From Blepharisma stoltei ATCC 30299 (taxonomy: Eukaryota; Protista; Ciliophora): a DNA stretch of 64,000 bases. Below the pieces are notes generated by a model. The model saw only the letters and a list, made by a program, of their open reading frames with translations. It ran no database searches and was not told where the DNA came from. The translations under genes and the position numbers were made by a program. Where the stretch lies: positions 1 through 64,000 of the forward strand of contig CBFDEM010000037.1 in NCBI GenBank assembly GCA_965603825.1, written 5' to 3'. Below are positions 1 to 11,738 of this stretch, in pieces. Position 1 is the first letter of the stretch, and every line of letters begins with the position of its first letter.

Positions 1-1772
1 TAACACCCTAACACCCTAACACCCTAGACACCCTAACACCCTAACACCCTAGACACCCTAACACCCTAACACCCTAACACCCTAACACCCTAACACCCTA
101 ACACCCTAACACCCTAACACCCTAACTACCCTAACACCCTAACACCCTAACACCCTAACACCCTAACACCCTAACACCCTAACACCCTAACACCCTAACA
201 CCCTAACACCCTAACACCCTAACACCCTAACACCCTAACACCCTAACACCCTAACACCCTAACACCCTAACACCCTAAACACCCTAACACCCTAACACCC
301 TAACACCCTAACACCCTAACACCCTAACACCCTAACACCCTAACACCCTAACACCCTAACACCCTAACACCCTAACACCCTAACACCCTAACACCCTAAC
401 ACCCTAACACCCTAACACCCTAACACCCTAACACCCTAACACCCTAACACCCTAACACCCTAACACCCTAACACCCCTAACACCCTAACACCCTAACACC
501 CTAACACCCTAACACCCTAAACACCCTAACACCCTAACACCCTAACACCCCTAACACCCTAACACCCTAACACCCTAACACCCTAACACCCTAACACCCT
601 AACACCCTAACACCCTAACACCCTAACACCCTAACACCCTAACACCCTAACACCCTAACACCCCTAACACCCTAACACCCTAACACCCTAACACCCTAAC
701 ACCCTAAACACCCTAACACCCTAACACCCTAACACCCTAACACCCTAACACCCTAACACCCTAACACCCTAACACCCTAACACCCTAACACCCTAACACC
801 CTAACACCCTAACACCCTAACACCCTAACACCCTAACACCCCTAACACCCTAACACCCTAACACCCTAACACCCTAACACCCTAACACCCTAACACCCTA
901 ACACCCTAACACCCTAACACCCTAACACCCTAACACCCTAACACCCTAACACCCTAACACCCTAACACCCTAACACCCTAACACCCTAACACCCTAACAC
1001 CCTAACACCCTAACACCCTAACACCCTAACACCCTAACACCCTAACACCCTAACACCCTAACACCCTAACACCCTAACACCCTAAACACCCTAACACCCT
1101 AACACCCTAACACCCTAACACCCTAACACCCTAACACCCTAACACCCTAACACCCTAACACCCTAACACCCTAACACCCTAACACCCTAACACCCTAACA
1201 CCCTAACACCCTAACACCCTAACACCCTAACACCCTAACACCCTAACACCCTAACACCCTAACACCCCTAACACCCTAACACCCTAACACCCTAACACCC
1301 TAAACACCCCTAACACCCTAACACCCTAACACCCTAACACCCTAACACCCTAACACACCCTAACACCCTAACACCCTAACACCCTAACACCCTAACACCC
1401 TAACACCCTAACACCCTAACACCCTAACACCCTAACACCCTAACACCCTAACACCCTAACACCCTAACACCCTAACACCCTAACACCCTAACACCCTAAC
1501 ACCCTAACACCCTAACACCCTAACACCCTAACACCCTAACACCCTAACACCCTAACACCCTAACACCCTAACACCCTAACACCCTAACACCCTAACACCC
1601 TAACACCCTAACACCCTAACACCCTAACACCCTAACACCCTAACACCCTAACACCCTAACACCCTAACACCCTAACACCCTAACACCCTAACACCCTAAC
1701 ACCCTAACACCCTAACACCCTAACACCCTAACACCCTAACACCCTAACACCCTAACACCCCTAACACCCTAA
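1..1772 (+). repeat. Telomere, (CCCTAACA)n, about 220 units, C-rich strand; left chromosome end
   Basis: Continuous 8-mer CCCTAACA tandem array from base 1 to ...CCCTAA at 1772 with scattered 1-2 nt indels. This is the known telomere unit of the heterotrichs Stentor and Blepharisma. Confidence 0.98.
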
Positions 1773-3076
1773 TAAAGCAGCGAGCAGAAAGGCCAACAAT
1801 ATTTGATATCTTAACTAATGAGTTTTTAGTCAACAAAACTCTAAGTTTAGGCATTACAATTCCACAAACATCTGCTATGAATGTAGCTATTTGCAAAATT
1901 CAACTTAATAAAGAAAGGGAAAGAAATGAGCAGCTTGAAAAAAAGTTATCTAAATATAGAAAAAAGAATACAGCCAAAACAAGTGAAATTGAGTTGCTTA
2001 AAGAAGAAATAGCTCACTTAAACAGTATAATAAATGACAATAAAAAAAACGAGAAAGACCTCAAAGACAGTAATGAAGAATTGATAAATTCTCAAAGAAT
2101 TAAGATTACTCAAGATCTTATCAAAAATAACGAAGCAGAAAAAGCCCAAAAGATCCAAGAGCTAAGAGAGAAAAGATTTGAAATTTGAAATAGATCAAAT
2201 GGCCAAGACTTAGAGCAAGATTTTAGGAGAACCTGCTCAAAGTACAGTAGCGATATCTATGCTGATGAGCAAGCTTATCAAGATTATACTAATGCTTATC
2301 GCCAGAAAACATCTCTTTATACAATTGATAATGATTTAAACAGAACTAATTTGATTATTTATGATACAGAAAATGATAGTAGGGAAGTCAGGATAGTTGA
2401 TACTCATGAATCTCTGGATTTAGGCACTTGCATTGCTCAGCTTCCTAATGGTAATTTATTTTGCTTTGGTAAAGACTCACCAATAATTTCTGGGACTACA
2501 TTGATAATTGATGAGAATTATAGAGCTCGGGAGCTGCCATCTGGAACTCATTGCTATTCATCATCAGCTATCTATTTCAATAATAGTGTTTATTGCTTTG
2601 GGGGAATTAATAATAAGGGTTCTATAACTCTATCAGAGAGATTTGATTTAAATAAAAACAGATGAACTAAATTAAAGTCACTACCACAAGCTGATCACGG
2701 TTGCAAGAGTGTAATGTTTAATGGGAATATTGTGATTTCTGGATATAATAAACATCTTTTGAGGTACTCAATTGGTAAGAACACTTTCGCAAAAATTCCT
2801 TATGATTTTAAAGAATTTAAACAAAAGATTCTTTTAAGTGCAGAGAGATTGTATTTAATTGAATGCCAAAATGGATCAATCTATGAAAGTGAATTGTCAA
2901 GTGACACTGCCTGGAGGCCAATTGGAGACTCAATAATAAATTCTTTTCATCAAATTTATGTGTCATATAATAAAGGAGGAATAAACATTGCACTCATTTA
3001 TAGTGTAGTTATTAGTTACTTCAAGTTCAATTTAGAGGGAAAAATATTAACCAAGCTGGATGAAATTCATAGGTAA
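1772..3076 (+). CDS. 5'-truncated gene: probable kinase-domain tail, coiled coil and kelch-like beta-propeller (~434 codons remain)
   Basis: Track ORFs 1877, 2351 and 2714 are in one frame joined by TGA=Trp (2186-2188, 2663-2665), ending TAA 3074-3076. The frame is open back to the telomere junction (IKQRAERPTIFDILTNEFL, like kinase subdomain XI). Kelch-like motifs LFCFGK, VYCFGG, ERFDLNKNRW. Confidence 0.75.
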
Positions 3077-3240
3077 TAAATAGGTTTCATTTGATAATCT
3101 TTTACTATTAAATCTTAACTCTTTAAATTCTTTTATTAATCAATCTATTTATATGCCCATGCCCTTATTCAGCTAAAGCTATGCGAATATGCCTGCTAAA
3201 TTGAAGTGAAATAAGTCAATTGTGATGGACAATAGAATTT

Positions 3241-4020
3241 GTCTTACCTAATATCGGAAATACTCACGATATGAATTCAGTATTGCAAATTTTATCTAAT
3301 ACTAAAGGTTTTGAAGGTATAACAACTTGCATAAGGCTCCCTTTTTCACTTATCTTGCTAATATTTTAAAGCTCATGAAATCAAAACCAGGCAATTTATC
3401 TTCTGCTATATCCCAATTCAAAAATTAATTAAGCTCAGAATTCACAATCGTAACCTTTATTTAGTTCAAAGGATACAACCAAAAATGACTCCAAAGAGCT
3501 TTTCCAAATTATCATCTCAAAAAGTAGCTGATGAAAAGCCTAATTTTGGCTTGTTCTTAATAAAAAGATTTATTTGTAGAGGGCATGATTCAGACTCTTC
3601 ATATGAAAGCAACTCGTTTTTGTTGTGCCTACATTAAAGGAGTATCCAAAGCTATATAGATGGGCTAAAGAATTCATAGAAATTTCAAGGAGAGAATACT
3701 CCTTATTGTGACAAATACGACTTCTTGAGAGATACCATAATTGAGACAAAGCGTATTGATACTTCAGCTAATTTAGCTTTCTATTTCGCTCCATCCTCAG
3801 CCTCTTTCACTGCAGAAGACAGCATATCAATTGAAAACAACATTTATGTGCTTTATGGAGTTATCTGACATATTGGGACAAGTAATTCTGGGCACTATTT
3901 TGCTTATACTTATTGTGAAGCTGAGAGTTCATGAGTTGAGTATAATGACTAGATGGTATCTTTTGTGGATAAGCTGATTTTAGAAACGCTTATATGCTCT
4001 TCTATAAAAATAAACATTAA
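3241..4020 (+). pseudogene. Ubiquitin-specific protease (peptidase C19/USP) pseudogene
   Basis: Cys box LPNIGNTHDMNSVLQIL (catalytic CY replaced by HD) from 3241; His box YVLYGVIWHIGTSNSGHYFAY...WVEYND* at ~3845-3952; terminal AYMLFY in another frame near 3990. Several in-frame TAA/TAG and a frameshift. Confidence 0.8.
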
Positions 4021-4449
4021 TTTTGTGTTAAATGGTTAATCTATATAATCAAATTGCGACTTGACTAGTGATTCTATTATTTATTTTGGCCTGAAAGACA
4101 AACATTATTTTGTAGGAAAAGCACTATAATTTAATTTTACAAATAGGCTCTTCAGACTAGTAGCTCTCTTTGAATATGCCTGCTTATTATTGAAATAAGT
4201 TTTTGAATTGAATATACAGCATAGTGAGAAACATCCTTACGTAGAGTATTTATTTATCAATAAACGCATCAGTAAAGTCAATAATAGTTTAACTATGGAC
4301 TTTGTTTGGTAAGATGAAAATGAAAAGGGCATTGACCTTATTATTCATGATTAAGATCTGCAGCAAGGATTATGAAACAGTCTTGCTGAATATCAGATTT
4401 CAATTCACTTTTTTCGATACTATTTTAGTTACTCTTAAATTATAAGAAA

Positions 4450-4700
4450 TATACCTACAGAACTTTTTTGAAAATCTTTTAAGCACCTTTGGAAGTGTGC
4501 TCCATACAGGCATGCATTTCGAGCGGCTATCAACTAAGTCCATCCCTCCTCCCATTCCCTTCACCATTTTGGCTGGGACAATCCAGTTTGCAAGATCCGC
4601 ATACCTGGACACTTTTCGACCTCCGAGAATAGTTAAATCAAGATGGTCGCCACGGACAATTGCGAAACTAGTGCTGCTTGAGAAAATTAAAGAGCCCTGG
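4450..4700 (-). pseudogene. Fragment of succinyl-CoA:3-oxoacid CoA-transferase (SCOT/OXCT) C-terminal domain
   Basis: Minus strand reads [51 protein letters not shown], matching the conserved SCOT motif [45 protein letters not shown]. Flanks decayed, no full-length ORF. Confidence 0.8.
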
Positions 4701-5191
4701 TTTTATGTATATTAAAAAATCAAATTTAAGCAGCGAGTAAGTCATATTTATCTATCTCAATTTGAGATCTAGCATTTATGGTAATTCATTTTGGTGTTCA
4801 AAGTTGTGAGTCATCAAGGACATATTAACGCCATCACCATATTAATTATCTTTCATGCTGGGAATTTTCTGGATAATTTTATGCTTTAAATCTTTCCAAA
4901 CAGGTTTTCATATTAGTCTAATAGCTAATTATATTATTCTCAAAATAAAATTTGAGAAAAATTAAAGTTTACTTATCAATTTTTTGAATGAAAGATAATA
5001 GAATTAATGAACTAAAGTATATTTATTTCTATAGTTTATTATTATATTTCTCATTATAAATTTAAAACAATGATATTTCTTTTAGGCCATTTACTTACTT
5101 TCCTTAAAGGTATTTAATATTTAAATAATAGCAGCACTTACTTATATTTATAGAAATAAGGTATTAACGAACCATCAAATGCGCATTCTCT

Positions 5192-7385
5192 CTATAATAA
5201 TATATCTATAGTTTGCCGCAAATAAATTAGTTTTCCAACTAACTCATCAAGCAAAGTTGCTCTTGCAAAAGCCTGCACCTTCACACAGCATTGAGAGCAG
5301 GTTGAGTCGCTAATCCTACTGCATTTTCTGCAAAGTATATGACCACAAGGAATTGTAAAAACTGCTTCTTCTACTAAATTTAAGCAATTCATACACGAAA
5401 AATCACTTTCAAAAGCACTCATCGCGTGATCTAATTTCTCAATGACCTTTGGCAGATTTTCTTCTTTCTCTCTAAGAAGCTCCAATTGTTTTTTTAAGTC
5501 TTTGAATTTTGGATCGTTCAGCTGGGATTTTGCATCTTCAAGCTGAGACTCCAGCTGAGAAATTATTTGAGTTTGGCTTAAAGACATGGTTTTCATATAT
5601 TCTTGAGCCTTTAAGTGATTCAAAATTTCTTCTTTTAGCTCCGCACACTCTATTTCTAGCTGAGCTATTCTTGCTTGTAAGCGATTTTGGTCTTCTTTTA
5701 TAGGTGAAAATTGGATAGGCTTTTCACGCTGTGATAATTCTCGCTTTAGTTTTATGACTTCTTGGAGATGGCTGGAGTTGAAATTTTTTTCATTATTTAG
5801 CTCTGCTTGAAGTTCATAAATTTTGGCTTGAAATAGAGATTCCTGGTCTTTATATTTCAGCTTTAATCTTTCCTTTTTGCGCATTGCTTCTTCGAGACTT
5901 TTTTCAAGCTTCTTAAACTTCGATTTCATTGAAGAATTTTCTTCTTTATTTTCCTTAAGCTCTTTTATAATTTGGTCGAATTTTAAAGCTTTTTCTTGAA
6001 ATTCTTGGAAATTCTTTTCTTTTTCAAGCTTTTCTTTATTAAGGGCATCGATTTCGCTTATTAAATCTTCACATTTTCCATTTGACTCAGCTATTTGGCT
6101 GTTTTTGGTATTTATTTCTTCTCCTAAATGCCTCAGATTTTCACTATAAGACTTTATCTGGTTTTCATTTTTCTTTATATTTTCCTCCATTTCTCTGATT
6201 TCAAGAGTTTTAACCTTTAAATCCTGTGAGATTGTTTGGATTAATTTTTCATATCTGAAGGACTCTATTTGCTGCTTTTTTCTCAATTCCTCTACACTAG
6301 CTAGCAGCTCATAGCGTGAGTTCATTGATCGTTCCAGCTTATCTTCAGCGTCATTCTTTTGTTTAGTCATTGAATATAGCTGATCACCAAGAGAATAAGC
6401 TTGCTTTTGAAACTCTTCCAATTTTTGCCTTAAATCGTCGTCAGAGTTTACAGAAATTTGATTCACTGCTTGCGTTTTATTCTGATTTTCAGCCTGCATT
6501 TTTTTTAATGCTTCTTTGAGTTCACTTATCATTGAGCTCGAAATTTCCAATTGACTTTCAACGTTATTTAAATTTTCTTGTAAAATTATGACTTTTTCAT
6601 TTAATTTAGAATTTTGTGATTCGAGATCAGATTTTGATTTTCGGACTTGGCTTATTTCATCTTTTAAGGTTTCGTTGGCCTTTTTGAGATGATTTAGCTC
6701 ATCGATTAACTTTAATTTTTCTTCAGCCAGATCATCAGTTGCTTCTTGCAATTTTTTATCTAGTCTTTGCATTTGGCCTTTAGAAACTGCAATTTCATGT
6801 TCTAATTTTTTGCAAACCCTCTCTCAGTCATTATTTTCTCTTGTCCTTAATAGAGATTACCTTATCAATAATAACTTGATTAAGTTTTTTGATTTCGTTA
6901 GTCAAATCTGCCTGATTTTCTTTGAGTTTTGAGCTCAGCAATTTTTCTTGATTATTTAAACTTTGCTCGGCTTCGTTTTTTTCTTTTAACTCGCCAATGT
7001 GTCTTTTCAAGGAGCTATTTTCTTTTTGTAGTTCCATATTTTTCTCTCGAAGTTCGATATTTTTGTTTTTTTCTTCTCTGCAAGCATTTCCAATGGCCTC
7101 AAAATGTTTTCCAAGGCTTTCTAAAGCAATCGATCTTTCCTCAAGGTCTTTTCTTTGTTCTTCTACTTTTTTTCCAAGCTCGTTCATTAGCTGTCGGTCT
7201 GATCCTGGAGTATTGAGCTCAGTAATACTGGAAGTTCTTGTTAAGCCAATGCTACCTGGAACAGTAGTTTGGACTCTGCGAATTTTTGGCAGTCCAAACA
7301 TTATTGCTGCTCTGCTTAAAGGTTTTGGCTGTTTTTGCCTATATAAATTGTTCATATTTTTTAACTTATTAGAAAATTCATCCAT
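5192..7385 (-). CDS. Long coiled-coil protein with C-terminal C3HC4 RING finger (~725 aa if a 16-nt intron at 6845-6860 is removed)
   Basis: ORFs 6831-7385 and 5192-6772 are both coiled-coil. The downstream frame is open (one TGA=Trp) up to ~6850. RING motif CMNC...PCGHILCRKC...CSQC. Joining the two needs removal of 16 nt. Confidence 0.7.
6845..6860 (-). other. Predicted 16-nt tiny intron with non-canonical GT...GG (or GG...AG, shifted 1 nt) boundary
   Basis: Minus strand AAG|GTAATCTCTATTAAGG|ACA. GTAAT donor and A at position 10 as in the other two introns. Among short excisions from this donor only 16 nt restores the frame. Confidence 0.55.
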
Positions 7386-7608
7386 TTTTGAAAAAAGAGC
7401 AACATGAATCCTAAATATAGTCTAACTAATTACGGAGCTATTAATTTGCATTACTTCCCAGTTTATTAATACTTTGACGAAAAACATTTTATTATTCAAT
7501 TTTTTTATCTATTAATGCTATATTAAAAGTTTCCTATAAATTCTAGCATTTTCTCTTATTGAAAAATTCATTTTACTGTTCAGATACGTTTAGAATATTT
7601 TCGAAAAA

Positions 7609-8112
7609 ATGGAATTTGCTAACTTAGGAGCACATTGCGCACATCCAGGATGCAACCAGCAAGATTTTTTACCCTTCAAGTGCGATTTATGCAGGCTCGA
7701 CTTTTGCCAATATCATAGGAGCTTGACAGAACATCGCTGTACAAGAGAACCGAAAGGCTGGGAAATTTTCAAATGCCCTATTTGCAATCGAGCTATTGAC
7801 CTAATCCCTGGCCAAGACCCTAATATAACGTGGGAAAGCCATATGAACTCTGGAGGCTGTCAAGAACCAGAAAAGAAAAAGTGTCCAGTTCCCAAGTGCA
7901 ATAAAACATTAACTGGAGTCAACTGTGTCGAGTGCAATCGATGCCATCAAACTTTCTGCTTAACCCACCGATACTCCGACACTCATAACTGTGTTCATCC
8001 CTTAGAAAGAATCACCAAGCCACACGGAGGTTTTCAGTGTAAGCGCTGCCCTCGAGTTTTTCCCAAAAGTGGCGATCTCATCCAGCACATGAGGGCAGAA
8101 CATTTGGCTTAA
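7609..8112 (+). CDS. AN1-type zinc finger protein (ZFAND2/AIRAP/Cuz1-like): two AN1 fingers plus C2HC and C2H2 fingers, 167 aa
   Basis: GAHCAHPGCNQQDFLPFKCDLCRLDFCQYHR..EHRC; second AN1 CPVPKC...CNRCHQTFCLTHRYSDTHNC; C-terminal CKRC...HMRAEH. Confidence 0.92.
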   Translation: MEFANLGAHCAHPGCNQQDFLPFKCDLCRLDFCQYHRSLTEHRCTREPKGWEIFKCPICNRAIDLIPGQDPNITWESHMNSGGCQEPEKKKCPVPKCNKTLTGVNCVECNRCHQTFCLTHRYSDTHNCVHPLERITKPHGGFQCKRCPRVFPKSGDLIQHMRAEHLA

Positions 8113-8131
8113 TTTTATTAATTACACATAT

Positions 8132-9223
8132 CTAAATTGACTCATAGCATTTTTGTTTAGGGTTATAACGAATTTCCTGCCCATCTTCTACATTTTCTGT
8201 CACATTTACGAATGGAGGAGTAAAATGCCGCATTTGCATAATAATTGACATCTGATTTTCAAAAAATTTTGGCTCTTTGAATTTGTCTGTTGGAGAGTCT
8301 GCGTTTATGATATTAATTCAAGCAGAGGTGTCAATGGGCACCTCTGGCGCATCCACTTCAATTTTTTCTTCTATGTCGTCTGATGGCTCAGCTGGTCTTG
8401 TATAGTTATGTGTTATTTTTCTACTTAACACTTTATAGCGCTCTTCATCAAGCTCTTTTTGTTCTTTTCTTCTGAATCGTGGGAATAATGCTTTTTTCTC
8501 TGTATTTACGCTCCGTAAGTACGCTTCTTTTAAATCCTTGATCTCTTTTTCTACTGAGAGATTTCTAAAAATACTTGGGTTATCCTTATATAAATATTTT
8601 TTACCTCTGGGAGGAGAATTCGAAAAAAATACAGGCCGAGGTGTCTCTTGAAAAGACACAGCATCGATTGTTTGCTGCTTGATATTTGAGCCTGGAGGCA
8701 TTTCACAGCCGATTGGGATTGTCTGATAAGGGTCGAGCTTCTGAAGCGTAAAGATCCTTCTAACTATGCATGTACCAGTTAATGATACGGACTCAAGAGA
8801 TCTATAAACTAGAGTAGAGAAGCACATAGCAAATAAAGACTCAATGTTAAAGAATAAATTCAGCCAAACCCCACGCTCGATTATTGTATGAGGAATTCTT
8901 GCATGCAACGGGTTCTTTATTACCTTTCGTCCATGAGTAAAAACTAATCGTCGCTTTATCGATTGTGAGTCTGAGGTTGTTAGCTCTATTGTCAGAGGCT
9001 TATTTTTATGAATAAAAAACTGAAAGACAATAAACGGATGAACTAATTGCAAACTTTCACGGTTGTTTCGAGGGATTTGAAGACTTGCAGCGTTGAGATT
9101 AATTATGTAGCCTCTCGAGGTCTGATCGAAACTGTGGTCAACCTTGCCATGAAATAAGCAGAATTGTAGAGATTTTCGATTTTGAGAGCTAAATATTTCA
9201 TGGGAGAAGGGCTGATTTTTCAT
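8132..9223 (-). CDS. CFAP20-domain (DUF667) protein, CFAP20DC/C3orf67-like, 363 aa
   Basis: N-terminal LQIPRNNRESLQLVHPFIVFQF...IELTTSDSQSIKRRLVF...PLHARIP..IIERGVWLNL. TGA at 8318-8320 read as Trp extends the frame through ...RYNPKQKCYESI to TAG at 8132-8134. Confidence 0.82.
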
Positions 9224-9356
9224 TTATCATGCAGAAAAATTTTTATGGATAATTCAGAGCTTTGCATTATACTATTTAAAGTCTTAAGCTATAAGAATCA
9301 AATCTTAAAACAGATTATTAATATTTTTATATTTTATTATACCATTACGAACCATT

Positions 9357-11522
9357 CTAGTCCTCAAAAATTGTTTGAGTAGACTGGTCTTGCTTTATGC
9401 ACAAAGATTGCCTTGCTTCTATATTATTTTCTTTTTTATTTTTCAGCTCTTTTACAGTTCGAAGAATCTTTTCAATTATCTTTGCATTTTCTGATGTCAA
9501 GTTATGGAGATTGTCGATTTTTTCGTTAGCAGTTTTTATGAAGTCGAATTTGGAGTTTCCAGGGGTATTGTTTTCTAAGTTTTTTAAATTTATGACTTCT
9601 TGTGTCAGCAACTCTTTAAACAGCACAGAAGTCATGCTTTTGATGTTTCCTTCTTTATTAGCTGCGTGCAATATTTTCATTTCTGCAAGGGCATTTCTTA
9701 GTTTTTTATCATTTTCGAGTGCTTGTTTTTCCATTGTCTTCCACACCTCAGGGAACTCTTCCTCAATAATTTGCACAGTCTAATTAAAAATTACCCTTGA
9801 GCCCATTACTAATAAGTTACATTCTTGAGAGGATTGAACATTGTATTTTCGAGTGATTTTTTGGACAGTTTCTATATCTCCAAAATGCTGCCCTTCTGAC
9901 ATTGGCCTGAATGTGGTATTTTCTTGTCCATAAACATACTGGCATCTTCCTCTCATGATAAACATAATGTCTGTTGAATTTTCTCCTATAGAATAGATCG
10001 ACTCGAGTGCCTGGACAAAAAACGGCTGCAAGAGTGGCATTATTTTTGCAATGAAATTTTCATCTCTGTCATTAAAAAAGTATAACGTTTTAATGACAGA
10101 GTGATACATATTCATAGCAATATCATATTTAAGCTTCATCGGCAGCTCATATAACAAATTTTCTTTATTTTCAACTGAAAATGCTCTTTGTTCTGTATTC
10201 ATCGTAATTACTTTATGCATTTTTGACTGGATTTCTTTGCTTAAATTGCACTCACTTACAAACTCATCAACCTCTGCTAACCTTTGTGTCAATTGGTTAT
10301 TCCTTATATCTGTTTGTGCAAACATTGAAGAAAGACTGCTTACCACAAAGGATAGTGCATACATTGATATCACCATTCAGCACATTGTAAATGATTTTTC
10401 TGTCAGTGTTAATGGGGTGATGTCGCCATATCCCAGCGTTACAAGGGTTGTTAATGCCCAATACATAGAGGTTAAATATATTGTAAAATGGTCTGAGTCT
10501 ATATATCCATACCTCACAACCCAGGTATCAGGACCAAAGTCATCAAATTTATCACAAATGTACCAAAAGCATGTGACACAATGTAAAGCTATAAGTAGCC
10601 CAAAAACTGTGCTGACGAATCGTATCGTAGTATGTCCCAAATTAAAAAAATGCTGAAAGGTTTCCAAAATTTCAGCCTTTTTCGAATTTCCTTCAACTTT
10701 CATAGCTTTAAGCATCCTCAACAGCTTTGGGAGCCCTTTTAAGCGAAAAAGTCTTACAAGTGAGCTATATTTTCTGTTATTTGAAGAACTTTCATTTTGT
10801 CCCGAAAATGCTTCAAAAAATCCAAACGGGATTGCTGAGATCAGATCTAAAATAAGCCATCCTTTTAAGTAGTTGATAAAGATTTTCCATCGGGATGTTA
10901 CCAATCCCCCTTCGCTATCTATATAAGCTGTATTTAAATTCAGCAAAAAATCAATCAAAAAGCTAAAATCAATGATCGTATTCATCCACCACCAAGTATC
11001 AAAGACAAGTGAGTTAATAAATGCCATTGAATAAGGGATGAAAATAGCAGTGAATATCAGCACTGCCCCAATGTAGCAGTTTCATACAATTCTGCATCCT
11101 TTTGATGGATGAATAATTCCACAGGGAGTGCTATTGGTAGCTATAAGGCCTGACCTGACAGTGAGAATTTGGTTTTTTTTTTTTTTGAAATAGTTTTCTA
11201 TATCTCCTTCTTCCATCTCTTCGTTCATCCCAGGCCCAAAAAGCCTTATGTTGTTCATTAACTTCTTCATTCTAATGTTTGTGAAAATCTTTCGTTTTGC
11301 TCTCTGCCAGATTTCATAATATTTTGAATGGGCAGTCTCTGCGTTATTTCCTTCAAGCAAATGGTTACTTTCATCATTTGCGGAAAGTTTTCTTGGGGTC
11401 ATAGGAGGGATATTAAATTTGTCGATTCCTTGAGATAATTTTTTTGGGGTCCCTGGTGCGGATTCGAGTCGAGAGGGATTCTTTAATTTGCCTTTAAAGG
11501 CATGTATAAAATATTCGGCCAT
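9357..11522 (-). CDS. Six-TM K+ channel with cyclic-nucleotide-binding domain (EAG/HCN/CNG superfamily), ~716 aa
   Basis: Four track ORFs in one frame, joined by TGA=Trp (11082-11084, 10377-10379) and a 15-nt intron (9780-9794). S4 LVRLFRLKGLPKLLRMLK, pore YWALTTLVTLGYGDITP, C-linker, CNBD GQHFGD...TRKYNV. Confidence 0.92.
9780..9794 (-). other. 15-nt spliceosomal intron GTAATTTTTAATTAG
   Basis: Phase-0 GT-AG intron whose terminal TAG is the apparent stop. Removal gives LVMGSR|TVQIIEEEFPE, completing the CNBD C-helix region. Confidence 0.88.
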
Positions 11523-11738
11523 ATCTGCGATAAATTTTTAATGGGTCTAATGGAAGACCTTTTTTTTGAAATTTTATGGAGGCAGTCTCGATCAACTTAA
11601 TTTTATTAAAAAATTTGAGATTTTAATATATTTTATAAATTGTTTATTATAAAAAGAATGATAATTTGATATCTCCGATGAATTAATTATTTTCTAATTT
11701 TATTAGGTTTGTTGATAAATGAAACTAACAGAATTTAA

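Noticed and set aside
1-1772. CRISPR-like array or simple satellite
   Set aside because: No spacers; it is a terminal telomeric 8-mer and the context is eukaryotic.
3241-4020. TAA/TAG readthrough (Condylostoma-type ambiguous code) rescuing the USP ORF
   Set aside because: All intact genes here end in TAA/TAG and have none internally; the USP also has a frameshift and lacks the catalytic Cys.
5509-10656. Plus-strand ORFs 5509, 6929, 6997, 9182, 9397, 10237
   Set aside because: Antisense shadows of well-supported minus-strand genes.
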